Assembly: GCA_964016885.1 (NCBI GenBank)
Contig: OZ024741.1
Location: 117,428,001-117,492,000, forward strand
Reading direction: 5' to 3'
From: Eledone cirrhosa
Lineage: Eukaryota
Length of the DNA stretch: 64,000 bases
Made by a program: the position numbers and the translations under genes
The notes under the pieces: generated by a model
Databases searched by the model: none
What the model was told of the DNA's origin: nothing
Seen by the model: the letters and a program-made list of their open reading frames with translations, nothing else
Shown: piece by piece, positions 43,848 to 59,070 of the stretch
How the letters are laid out: the number at the start of each line of letters is the position of its first letter
Position numbering within the stretch: the first letter of the stretch is position 1

Positions 43848-44035
43848 GAAACACACGTGTGTGTCTATGATACCTGCGTTTACACATGCGTCTGTGTTTA
43901 TGCAGCGTAACTTAGCGGTCCATTAGATAATTATCAAAGTTGAAAAAAACATACAAAATACTAGAGTCGATGTAATCGACTTCATGACGTGCTCCTAGCA
44001 TGGCCGCTGTCTAATGACTAAAACCAATAAAAGAG
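43645..44035 (+). mobile_element. Third SINE family with internal CA/GT microsatellite
   Basis: CAAGTGTCTTC.CTATAGCC..TTTGGTAAACGGAAAC core and AGCATGGCC..TGACTAAAAC tail; tails also at 29440-29495, 37145-37205 and 62880-62920. Confidence 0.6.
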
Positions 44036-44069
44036 TGCAGGAATTAAAAAAATCCATTTACAATGACAA

Positions 44070-44630
44070 TAATTGTTTCTACTTTAGGCACAAGGCCAGA
44101 AAATACCCAGTACATTACTGGTACTTTATTTTATCGACCCCGTAACGATGAAAGGCAAAGTTAACCTCGGCGGGATTTGAACACATTTACAATGACAATA
44201 ATGGGTTCTGATTTGGGTACAAGGCCAACAGTTTTTAGGGGAGGGGAAAGTCGATTAAATCGATCCCAGTGCGTTACTGGTATTTTATTTTATCAACCTT
44301 GTAAGGGTGAAGTTAACCTCGGTGAGATTTGAATTCGGAACGTAAAGGCTCGTGACTCTATGCCACAAAGGATGTTATTCAACGCTTTACCGACACTACC
44401 AATCCACCGCCCTAATAACGGTGTCTAATTTAGGCACAACAATTTTGGGGGAGAAAAGTCGATTAAATCGACACCAGTGCGTTACTGGTATTTTATTTTA
44501 TCGACCTTGTAAGAATGAAACGTAAAGCTAACCTCGGTGAGATTTGAACTCAGAATGTAAAGGTTCGTAACTCAATGCTGCAAAGCATGTTATCCGACGC
44601 TTCATCGATACCACCAATCCACCGCCTTAA
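44070..44630 (-). mobile_element. Three tandem main-family SINEs
   Basis: Repeated core TTATCGACC..GATGAAAGGCAAAGTTAACCTCGG. Confidence 0.9.
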
Positions 44631-47600
44631 TAATATTAGAAAAACAACTTATGGTGTCAATAAAACCATTCCAACAGGAAATCGAAACCCTTCCGCTGGT
44701 TTCACATGTTGAACCACATTCTTCCTGTACAAACACTTGTATGTGTCAACGTTAAGTCATGTTATGTTGTTTATAGAGCAGTGGAAAAAATGTCTGTAAA
44801 AACTCCAGTCAGGTTATAATGATATTTACAGTAGACTTTTTAGCGGAAGTATTAAAAAAAGGAAATAACAGTTAAAGTGACATTTGCCCTTCATGAAGGC
44901 CATAAATACGGGTAAGTTCATGGTTTCGTGAAACAGACGTCACAAATATTTTGCTTCCATGATACTGCATACGGGTTTTGAATTCTCTGTTCATCACTTC
45001 CACCTCCTCCATCCACTCTGCATCCACCTCCTCCATCCACTCAGCTCCACTCAGCTCCACTTTTATTTTATTTACTTTTACTTCTGGCGGTGAATTGACA
45101 GAGTGGCTAGAGCGTCGGAATTCGTTCCGGTTCCAGCTCTTTGCACTCCGAGTTCAAATCCCACAGAGGCTAACTTTGCCTTTCATCCTTTTGTCATTAT
45201 TGATAAACAACCAGTCCACTGACAGTGGAGTGTCGGAACTGTTAAGGTGTCGGATATGATGATTTGCGTTATCTGCTCCGGTACTCTGCATTCTGAGTTC
45301 AAATCCACCCTCTTTCTCCCCTTCACCCTTTCCACCCTCCACTCTCTCCTCCCTCCACTCTCTCCACCTCCACCTCTCTTCCCTATATCCCCTCTCTCAC
45401 TCCCTCTCTCCTCTCTCTTCACCCTCTCTCCATTCCCCTCTCTCTCCACACCTCCCTCTTTCTCTCTTTGCTAGGAGTTGCAACTGACATAACAAAAACA
45501 CCAACAACAACACCAACAAAGATCACTAGAAACTTAGTTTCCTTGGTCTCATCTGACGAACTTTTCCTTTCCTTTCTTCTTATGTATTGTTTTAAGAACA
45601 TGGGAGCGATTTATTTTCTTAATAAATTTCCAATAATTCATTGTCCAGTTCATCCACTAAAAAGGAATAATAATATCGTTATGGCTTAGTAGGGTCATAT
45701 TGCATATCAAAACGCATGCACTAGGTATAATTCACTTCAGTCTTATAGGTGAGGGTTGTGGATAGGCAGAATCGTCAACGCATCGGACAAAATACTTTGC
45801 GACATTTGTTCCGAGTCTTTACATTCAGCATTCGAATTCCACCGACGTTGACTTTGCCTTTCAATCTTCCGCGGTCGATAAAATAAAGTATCAGTCAAAT
45901 ACTAGAATCAACATATTGTCAAATTGCTGACCTTGTGCCTTATTATAAACTGTTATGAATGAGGTCATAAATCAAACAATCAGTTAGTTTGTTAACCTTC
46001 TAATTAAGCAATTGACAAAGTCCTTTCGCCGCAGCCTGTGACCTTACCGATAACTGTTGCTCTCTGCGTCCCCTCTTCGTTCACACTTAGTCTATATTTA
46101 CGCCATTTTATTTATTTATTTATTCATTTTTGTATTTAGAAAAAAGCTCTCGTTGTTTCTAGTCTAATGATGCTTGGTGTTGTTATTGTTGTTGTCATTT
46201 AACCTCGGCTTAGTCCTGATCGAGCCGACACGTATGATAACAATGATGTTCCAACCATAACCATCTTGTTTTGATACATCTAGGGCTACATTACTTAATA
46301 TATTCCATGCCGATTACAACAACATTACCACTAACAGCGACAACAACCACATTGACAACAACAACAAAAACAATGATATTAATTACCTCCACCACCATCA
46401 CTGTTAAAAGACGAAGGACGACATTCACAACAACGACAACAGAAGCACCCACAGCAACAAACAAAACACCCGAAAAACGAAAAACACGACAAATGACAAC
46501 GACAACTGCAGCAGCTACCACCAACAACAACAACAATGACAGCAGCAACCGCACCATCAACGCCATCAACGACAGCAGCCACAACAACAATAAGAGCAAC
46601 AACCACTAATACCACAACAACACCAACACCGCCAATCACAACAACACTAGCAACTACAATTACCATTAACAACACCAACAACAACACTGACGAAAACACC
46701 AACACCACCAACAACAACAACACCAACAGCGACACCAACAAAAACACCAACTATATCACCAACAACACCAACACCAATGACACCACCAACACCAAGTTCT
46801 ATGACAAGCAACGTTAAACGATATTTATTTGTAATGTTGAGGCAGATTAAGGTGATAGATCGATGTCAGGGGAGATTACTATAACACAGACTTAATTCCT
46901 ACAAACACCATCAATATCCCTTCACACTTAACTACTTATACTATGTTTATGGAACCAATGAGTGTTGACTAGGGGTGGGTAGTAACATGGAAAGGAACGA
47001 TCGTCAGATTGAACCAAGGAAACAATATTTTCAATGATCTTTCCATTGCTGATATTATCTGCTTGTTGCAACTCCTGACCGAAGGGGGGGGGGGATTAGA
47101 ACTCAGAATGTCCAGAGCCGGATTAGATACTGCAAGGGCCATTCCAACACTAATATGTCCACCGCCAATCCATCGCCACTAGACTGGTACTTTATTCCTC
47201 GACTCCGAACAGATTTGAAATTAGAATATATTCCATGTTAATTACAACAGCGACAACAACCTCAATGACAGCAACAGCAAAAACAACGGCGTCAATGCCC
47301 TCCACCACCTCAACAACAAAAACAGCAAGGATGACATTCACAACAACAACAATAAGGGCAACAACCAGAACACCAACAACCACCAACACCACAGCACTAA
47401 TACCACCAACAACAAAAACGACAACACCAACACCACCAACATCATTTGAAACATTTACCCCGACGATCTAATGACCCTGCCTTTCGCCTGTTTTGAAGCT
47501 TAGAAATAGTAGCCAAATCTCCTCCAAACTTTCAAACCACATTTCCACCACTTTCGAAAAAAATAGGAAAAATGCATGTTTGATAATTTAGTCCTGAATT

Positions 47601-48248
47601 CCCTAAGTACAGGCAGAATAGCCATGGCCATCTTTGATCATAGATCAGCTCAATTATGGTTGATAACAATAACAACTATTATATTACAAGATTCGTTCAT
47701 TCTTGTCTTCCTATAACTTCCATCTTTTCTCAAGCCCTGATAGCATCTTTGTGGTTTTTGTGGGCTTTCTCCACGAGTAACCCTCGGAAATCTCAACCCT
47801 GTTGGGGAATTTTCTTTTCTTTCTTTTTTTTTTTTTTTGGTTACATCCTTTGTTTTTGTTTTATACTAATGTTTACACACATAAGCCCACATTATACCGT
47901 TCTGTGCTGCCCTTAATGTATCTTTGTGTAAACCCTTTGTGGTCAATAAAGAAAGCATTATTATTATTACGTATTGTGGCAGAGAGTTACAGTCCTTTAC
48001 GTTCTGAGTTCAAATCCCAGCGAAGTCAACTTGCCTTTCATCCTTACGGGGTCTATAAAATAAAGTACCAATCATATACTGGTGTCGATTTAATAGACCT
48101 TCCCCTCCCCTAAAATTGTTGGCCTTGTGCCTAAATCAGAAACCACTTATTATTTTCATCATCCATCTTCAAATCATACAACTTTATTTCATTCTTCCTC
48201 TTTTTTCCTTTTTCCCTTTTCTTCTACGCTCTTTATTCTCTTCGTCTA

Positions 48249-48287
<39 letters not shown>

Positions 48288-49186
48288 TCTCTCTCTCTCT
48301 CCCTCAACCTCTCTCTCTCACTATCCAATAACATTAACTACAATTAACAAGGAAATCAATAGTTTTTAATTTCCACCTGTAACCATAAAACTTGTTAAAT
48401 GTCATGGATGTGGAAGAGGGGGGGGGATTAACATGTTTGTATGTGTCTTTCTCTGCGTATTTCGGGACACGTGTGTGGGTAAGTGTATGTGTATGATTAT
48501 CACTGTGTTTGTGTCTGTGTCTGTGTGTATGTCGTTGTGAGTATTCATTTGTATTACTTACATATAAGTTGGTTGTATGAGCGTACACTCAAGTGTGTCA
48601 GTGTGTGTGCGTGTGTGTTTGTGTGTGTGTATTTGTATTTATGTGTATATGTGTGTATATGTGTATGTGTGTGATCCTCACAAAATCAATCAATCAATCA
48701 ATTCCCTTGGATACCTATACAAGAATGTACATTAACGTACGATGGGCTGGCACACTGGTACATAACAGTCATTACACGCGTCCCACGTAATTATAACAAC
48801 ACTAAGACTGTTGGTTTCTTGTTGAGTAGTCTGGTTGAAGAACGGAGATACACTCGGAAGCATTCTTCATATATATATATATATATATATATACATACAT
48901 ATACACATATATACACATATATATATACATATATATACACATATATATACACACACATATATATATATATATACATACATATACACATATATACACATAT
49001 ATATATACATACATATATATACACATATATATACACACATATATATATATACATATATATACACACATATATATATATACATATATATACACACATATAT
49101 ATATATATACATATATATACATATATATATATACATACATATATATACATATATACATACATATATATATATACATATATATATAC

Positions 49187-49231
<45 letters not shown>

Positions 49232-49315
49232 ACATATATATATATACATATATATACATATATATTATATATATATATATATACATATATATACATATAT
49301 ATAATATATATATAT

Positions 49316-49921
49316 ATGGTGGCTGCCAACTCGTTTCGAGTACGGCCACTACTTTATATCCATGTAGGAGAACCCTACCGATGCGCTGAACGAGTGTGAC
49401 TTTTTAGTCCAGCCAGCGACTTGAAAGCTCTGGTACAAACACTACACTTGTGACAATTATTGACACATAGTGCTGGCCCATGGTACCATGTGACGACAAA
49501 TGCAGAGAGATCTCCAGATATAAAGCAATGCCTGTGCCGTGAAGCTTTTATAGTGAGCAAAGGCACTGCACAAAGCCAGTCCCACTCTCTTAACCAAGAT
49601 GATATTTACCAAAAAGAAGAACAAGTCAACATCATTGGATACCATCAGGGTTGCAGGTGTTATATCAGAGTTTTCCTTCTCCTAGAATTCTGCCTTGACA
49701 AAGGCTAAGGGGTCATCTCTCCCGGTGATGTTGGATGGCCATTGACTCTTAAGAGCTCCTTTGCCTTTTGACAGGTTTGTTTTTAGGTCCTGCAGATGTC
49801 CAAAGTCACCCTCCTCACCAAGAAACCTTGGTGGGGTTGCCAGTTTAGTCGCCAACGACCCGACCATGGGACAGGTTGTACTGGAATACATGTTACCAGT
49901 AGCACCAACTGGTGACCTGAC
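49316..49921 (-). mobile_element. ~600-bp bipartite non-autonomous RTE-like element, apparently complete
   Basis: GC-richer structured 5' part joined to the C-terminal finger [23 protein letters not shown] and 3' UTR; flanked by TA/TACA repeats. Confidence 0.7.
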
Positions 49922-49934
49922 ATACATATATATA

Positions 49935-51748
<1,814 letters not shown>

Positions 51749-51948
51749 NNNNNNNNNNNNNNNNNNNNNNNNNNNNNNNNNNNNNNNNNNNNNNNNNNNN
51801 NNNNNNNNNNNNNNNNNNNNNNNNNNNNNNNNNNNNNNNNNNNNNNNNNNNNNNNNNNNNNNNNNNNNNNNNNNNNNNNNNNNNNNNNNNNNNNNNNNNN
51901 NNNNNNNNNNNNNNNNNNNNNNNNNNNNNNNNNNNNNNNNNNNNNNNN
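51749..51948. other. Assembly gap (200 N)
   Basis: Run of N. Confidence 1.
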
Positions 51949-52700
51949 ACTGTTTGAGACACAACGTCTAATATAGGACAAAATACAGCCAACTGAATCA
52001 CTGTTTGAGACACAACGTCTAATATAGGACAAAATACAGCTAACTGAATCACTGTTTGAGACACAACGTCTAATATAGGACAAAATACAGCCAACTGAAT
52101 CACTGTTTGAGACACAACGTCTAATATAGGACAAAATACAGCCAACTGAATCACTGTTTGAGACACAACGTCTAATATAGGACAAAATGCAGCCAACTGA
52201 ATCACTGTTTGAGACACAACGTCTAATATAGGACAAAATGCAGCCAACTGAATCACTGTTTGAGACACAACGTCTAATATAGGACAAAATACAGCCAACT
52301 GAATCACTGTTTGAGACACAACGTCTAATATAGGACAAAATACAGCCAACTGAATCACTGTTTGAGACACAACGTCTAATATAGGACAAAATACAGCTAA
52401 CTGAATCACTGTTTGAGACACAACGTCTAATATAGGACAAAATACAGCCAACTGAATCACTGTTTGAGACACAACGTCTAATATAGGACAAAATACAGCC
52501 AACTGAATCACTGTTTGAGACACAACGTCTAATATAGGACAAAATGCAGCCAACTGAATCACTGTTTGAGACACAACGTCTAATATAGGACAAAATGCAG
52601 CCAACTGAATCACTGTTTGAGACACAACGTCTAATATAGGACAAAATGCAGCCAACTGAGACTCTATTTGAGACACAACGTCTAATATAGGACAAAATAC
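51949..52700. repeat. 51-bp tandem satellite, ~14.7 near-identical units, truncated by the gap
   Basis: Unit ACTGTTTGAGACACAACGTCTAATATAGGACAAAATRCAGCYAACTGAATC. Confidence 0.95.
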
Positions 52701-52889
52701 AAATATTTCGATTCATTTCAATGTATTTCGTTGTTCGTTACGTTAGCTTTGTGCTTGAATTATTATTTTTTTCTTTTTTTGCTTTGAGATGCTTTTAATC
52801 ATAGGTCGGACAGACCTATGATCAAAAACATTCCAGTCATGACCATCCGGTCTTTTGTAGAATATATATGATTATATTATCCGTCTTTA

Positions 52890-53615
52890 GGACGGTGGAT
52901 TGGCAGTATCGGTAGAGAGTCGGACAATATGTTTTGCAGCACATAGTTATGTCTCTTTACGTTCTGAGTTCAAATCCCGCTGAGGTTAACTTTGCCTTTC
53001 ATCCTGACGGAATTGATCAAATAAAGTACAAATAACGCACTGGGGTCGATTGAATCGACTTGCCCCTCCCCAAAAGCTGCTGGCCTTGAGCCTAAATATT
53101 ATCCGTCTATTTCTTAAATTGTCATAGTGAGATTTGAGAGACATGTAGCTACTTTTATTTCTTTTTCTTTTTCTTTTTCTTTAGTCAGAGGTGTACCTTA
53201 ATTAAACAGACCTCTGATAAAAGGCATTCCAGTCATGACTATCATGCCTTTGTTTTGATATGATTACATATATTTAAGAAGGTGGAGTGAGATTTAACTG
53301 CTATTTCTAGCTGATATAATAACCACGAAATAACGCCTTCCCTGGCATATTATTGTCTGTATTGTTATAGTTATCATTATTTAGACCCCAAAGGGCAGTG
53401 GATTGGCAGTATCAGTAGAGGGTTGGACGCCATGCTTTGCAGCATAGAGTTACCGTCCTTTATGATCTGAGTTCAAATCCCGCGCAGGTTAACTTTGCCT
53501 TTCGTCCTTAAGGGGTCGGTAAAATAAAGTACCAGTCACGCACTGGGGTCGATTTAATCGACTTTCCCCTCCCACCAAAATTGCTTGCCTTGTGCCTATA
53601 TAAGAAACCATTATT
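52890..53615 (+). mobile_element. Two full-length main-family SINEs (52890-53100, 53395-53615) amid a GCTATTTCTAGC-family repeat
   Basis: A/B boxes, core and tail. The interspersed repeat with CATTCCAGTCATGAC / GCTATTTCTAGC also occurs near 13520, 42310, 47500, 57600 and 58090. Confidence 0.85.
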
Positions 53616-54130
53616 TAGACTCCAAATCTACCATATCTGGCACACCTACTTTTCAAAGGGAGTGGACGCAGCATGATCGAAGGGTTTGAGAGGTTCACTT
53701 CGTAATCATTAGATCCAGGATTCGGTCTTGGGAAAGTATCATTTACTATAACCTCTAACAAACAAAAATATGAAACTTATAACCAAGTGTATAAAAATAT
53801 ATATGTGTGTGTGTGCCCGTGTGTGTACACATACATGCCCGCACATATATATATATATATAATATATATATATATATATAAATATATATATATATAATAT
53901 ATATATATATATAATATATATATATATATAATATATATATATATATAATATATATATATATATATAATATATATATATATATATAATATATATATATATA
54001 TATAATATATATATATATATATAATATATATATATATATATAATATATATATATATACATAATATATATATATATACATAATATATATATATACATAATA
54101 TATATATATACATAATATATATATATATAT

Positions 54131-54166
<36 letters not shown>

Positions 54167-54360
54167 CATAATATATATATATAGTTTTTATATATATATA
54201 TATATATATATACATAATATACATAATATATATATATATATAGTTTATATATATATATATATAGTAGAATAATCGAGTATCGAAAAATCGGCGCACGAGT
54301 TCACGATAAACAAAATTCGAAATGAGCGGCAGAGGGCTCAATAATTCAGATAAATCAGAG

Positions 54361-54400
<40 letters not shown>

Positions 54401-54404
<4 letters not shown>

Positions 54405-54810
54405 AAAACGTGTTGCGGGTTGCTAATGGGTTACATATGAATAAAGTTAGTCCTTCATCAGTGATCATCCAACCATCATTGGTATTTCATCGCTTTAAAG
54501 ACCATATACCTCCGGTTGGTGCGAGCAACGGCTAAAAAAAGTCGTTGGGACACGTAAATAAAGGGGACACGAGTGTAAACAAACAAAAATGGTGAAGCAA
54601 CAGAAAGTGAGGAAGAAGGAGTCAAGTCCCAAATTTCTATGAATTTAAATTTGGTGAAAATCGTGAACGAGAGAGAATAAAGACCATCAACCTGGTTGGA
54701 ATGTGAGCAAGGAAGGAATTCCGTACAGGTCTAACGGGAGGAAGAAGGGATCTAGTCTGTGATTTCGGTGAACGTAAGTTCTGTGAAATCGTAGACGAGA
54801 GAGAGAGAGA
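54401..54810 (-). mobile_element. Family B long copy with permuted HHR-like motif (54449-54522)
   Basis: Homologous to the 32250-32500 copy; flanked by (TA)n. Confidence 0.75.
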
Positions 54811-54957
54811 AATATATATATACATATATTATATACATAATATATATATATATATTTACATATATATATATACATAATATATATACATAATATATATATA
54901 TATATATACATCTATATACATATACATATACATATATATATATACATATATATATAC

Positions 54958-55024
<67 letters not shown>

Positions 55025-55311
55025 TAAGGTATCAAAAATAACACAAAAGATATAACCAAGATAAGTTCCGCCAAATAACCTATTTAGTTAAGGATACAGC
55101 ATATCCAATTTTGTGTGTGTATATATATTGTGCGAATCTGTGGGTTCAGTGATATCGTGTATGTGTGTGAGTGTGAGAGAGACGCTCAAATGATTCCCTT
55201 TCTAATGTAAGATTCAAACGGAAAGAAATGTATACTTGGCAGCCCCCATACAAACACATTATCTTCAATAACAAACGCATATAAGCACAAGAGGAAAATT
55301 TACATGTACTG

Positions 55312-55478
<167 letters not shown>

Positions 55479-55501
55479 GTTATATATATATTATATATAT
55501 A

Positions 55502-55546
<45 letters not shown>

Positions 55547-55764
55547 TGACTTTGCCTTTCATCCTTACGGGGTCGATAAAATAAAGTACCAGTAATGCAC
55601 TGGGTAATTTGCTGGCCTTGTGCCTAAAGTAGAAACAATTATATATATATATATTATATATATATATATTATATATATATATTATATATATATATATTAT
55701 ATATATATATATTATATATATATATATTATATATATATATTATATATATATATATTTATATATA

Positions 55765-55807
<43 letters not shown>

Positions 55808-55832
55808 ATATATTATATATATTATATATATA

Positions 55833-55877
<45 letters not shown>

Positions 55878-55915
55878 ATATATATTATATATATATATAT
55901 TATATATATATATAT

Positions 55916-55947
<32 letters not shown>

Positions 55948-55977
55948 ATATTATATATATATATATAAATATATATA

Positions 55978-56026
<49 letters not shown>

Positions 56027-56032
56027 ATATAT

Positions 56033-56063
<31 letters not shown>

Positions 56064-56178
56064 ATATATATATATATATATATAATATTATATATATATA
56101 TATTATATATATATATATATATTATATATATATATTATATATATATATTATATATATATATATTATATATATATATAT

Positions 56179-56212
<34 letters not shown>

Positions 56213-56303
56213 ATTATAATATATATATTATATATATATATATTATATATATATATATTATATATATATATATTATATATATATATATTATATATATATA
56301 TAT

Positions 56304-56337
<34 letters not shown>

Positions 56338-56433
56338 ATATTATATATATATATATTATATATATATATATTATATATATATATATTATATATATATATA
56401 TTATATATATATATATATTATATATATATATAT

Positions 56434-56464
<31 letters not shown>

Positions 56465-56516
56465 ATATATATTATATATATATATATATTATATATATAT
56501 ATATATATTATATATA

Positions 56517-56561
<45 letters not shown>

Positions 56562-56660
56562 TTATTTATATTTATTACAAACGCTGCTTCATATCTCATT
56601 TCCCTTTTAAAGTCACTGAGTAAATGTGATATAGATTAGATAATATTGTAGTCTGTCTCA

Positions 56661-56699
<39 letters not shown>

Positions 56700-56739
56700 G
56701 ATATATATAGATATATATATATATATTTATATATATATA

Positions 56740-57367
56740 ATTCTTTCTAAACATTGATACAAGGCCAGTAATTTGGAAAAAAAGGGAAAGTCGATTATGT
56801 CGACCTCAGTATTTTACTGGTATTTTATTTTATCGACCCTGTAAAGATGAAAGGCAAAGCTTAATCTTGGCGAGATTTTAACTCAGAACGTAGAAAGTCG
56901 TAACTAAATATTGCAAAGCATTTTGTCCGACGCGCCAACGATACTATCGTCTCGTTATCTTTAATAATGGTTTCTACTATAAGCACAAGGCCAGTAATTT
57001 TGGGGGGAGAGGAAAGTCGATTAAATCGACCCCCAGTGCGTGACTGGTACTTTATTTTATCGACTTCGTAAGGATGAAAGGCAAAGTTAACCTGCGCGAG
57101 ATTTGAACTCAGAACACAAAGGACCGTACCTCTATACTGCGAAGCAGGGTGTCCGACGCTCTACCGATACTGCCACTCCAATAATAATAATTGTTTCTAC
57201 TTTTGGCACAAGGCCAGAAATTAACCAGTGTATTACTGGTACTTTATTTTATCGACCCCATAAGGATGAAAGGCAAAGTTAACCTCGGCGGGATTTGAAC
57301 TCAGAATGGCAAGGGCCGTAACTCTATGCTTCAAAGCATGGCGTCCGACCCTCTACCGATACTGCCA
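56740..57367 (-). mobile_element. Three tandem main-family SINEs
   Basis: Repeated head, core and tail. Confidence 0.9.
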
Positions 57368-58659
57368 CAGGCGGCCAACAATTTAAAAGTTTCCTTGAAA
57401 AAGCAAAGTACAATCAATTCCTCTATGGCAGTACCAGACTAAGGATTTCATAATAATCAGCAGAAATGAATATAAATATTGGGCATTTACCTGATATTTA
57501 TATATATTCGTAAATAAAATATGAAGGACTACATTATCTAATGTGTTCTGTCCATATTTAATATGCTGGAATGTGATTTATGGTTCATTTCACAGCTATT
57601 TCTAGCGAAATGTGCGACCACTAAAATGACTCTACTATCTTGTTATTTAGTCCGAGTTCATCCAAGTGTTAGAACGTCGGATAGAATGTTTTGCGGTATT
57701 TGTTCCGGCTCTTTGCTCTGAGTTCAAATCACGCCGAGGTCAACTTTGCCTTTCATCCTTTCGGGGTCCATAAAAAGTACCAGTCAAGTACTGAATCGAT
57801 TCTTCCTCTGTATCTCTTTCTCACTTTCTCTCTCACACTCTCAATCCTTCTGTAGAAGAAATCTCTTCTGTTCAGACCTGGGGAGGGATGGGTTCCACCA
57901 GCCTTTAAAATGCTCAAGAAACGCCGTATGCCAATACGGCGCTCCTACGGCTCCATCAGGAGTTACGGGACCAGACCATGCATGAGTGAGCAGATGTATG
58001 GTAAAATGCATTCCAGCCGTGGCCATCTCGACCGTTTTAAACATATGTATTCTGTGCATTTTAAAAACACAATGTGTGATTTGAGAGAGATTTGACTGCT
58101 ATTTTAGCAGGTCAAACACTACGTAGTGGTTTCCTCATTCTTGTTGTTTAACCCTAGCTCAGCCATGGGGGAGCAGACGCATCATAAAATGCATTCCGCC
58201 GTGTGCATCCCGTCTATTTTAAGGATATGCTATACTATATTACCTATTACGTTCTGCCCTTATTTATAACGCTTCGGTGTTATTTGATGGAGACTTCGCT
58301 ACTACTCCTAGCAGGGCGAGCAACCACATGCAGGTTTGTTTATTTTGACTCCCGGCGTAGCGTTTACTACTACGAGCCCTTTTATCAATCTGTGGGTAGT
58401 AAGATACCATAATATCTTCTGATGAATGGTTACTTGAGGGTTGATACATGAGAGAAATGGGTGGAGAAGAAATAAATAGCTCCCTTATCCGTTCACTACG
58501 ACTAAATTATAACTCAACAAACAAAAAACAAGCAACAAACAAAGGCTCCTCATGAACTCCAGTGATTTGAGGAAACATTTATCATCATTATCGTCACCAT
58601 ATCTCAAATAAGATGGTGTTTAAGTGTAAAAATAAATAAATAAATAAAAGTAAATATAA

Positions 58660-59070
58660 TGATATCTAGTATAGGCACAAGGCCAGCAATTTTGGGAGAG
58701 GGAAAGTCGATTAAATAGACCCCAGTGCATTACTGGTGCTTTATTTTATCGACTCCGTAAGGATGAAAGGCAAAGTTAACCTCGGCAGATTTGAACTCAG
58801 AACTTAAGAGGTCATAATTCTGTGCTGAAAATCATGGTGTCTGATGCTCTACCGATAATGGTTTTTGATTTAGGCACAAAGCCAACTATTTTAGAGGAGG
58901 GGAAGGTCGATTAAATCGATCCCGGTGCATTACTGGTACTTTATTTTATCGACCCCGTAAGGATGAAAACAAAGCTAAACTCAGCGGGATTTGAAATCAG
59001 AACGTAAAGAACTGAACAAATACTGCTAAGAATTTGTCCGACACTCTACTGATTCTGCCAACCCACCACA
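58660..59070 (-). mobile_element. Two tandem main-family SINEs
   Basis: Repeated head, core and tail. Confidence 0.9.

Noticed and set aside
51949-52716. CRISPR-like array or 17-aa repeat protein
   Set aside because: No unique spacers, no cas genes, eukaryotic context; the ORF crosses an N gap into (TA)n.
57877-57968. HHR in the repeat shared with 17445-17530
   Set aside because: GAAAC-hairpin and CUGAUGG lie on opposite strands; no coherent core.
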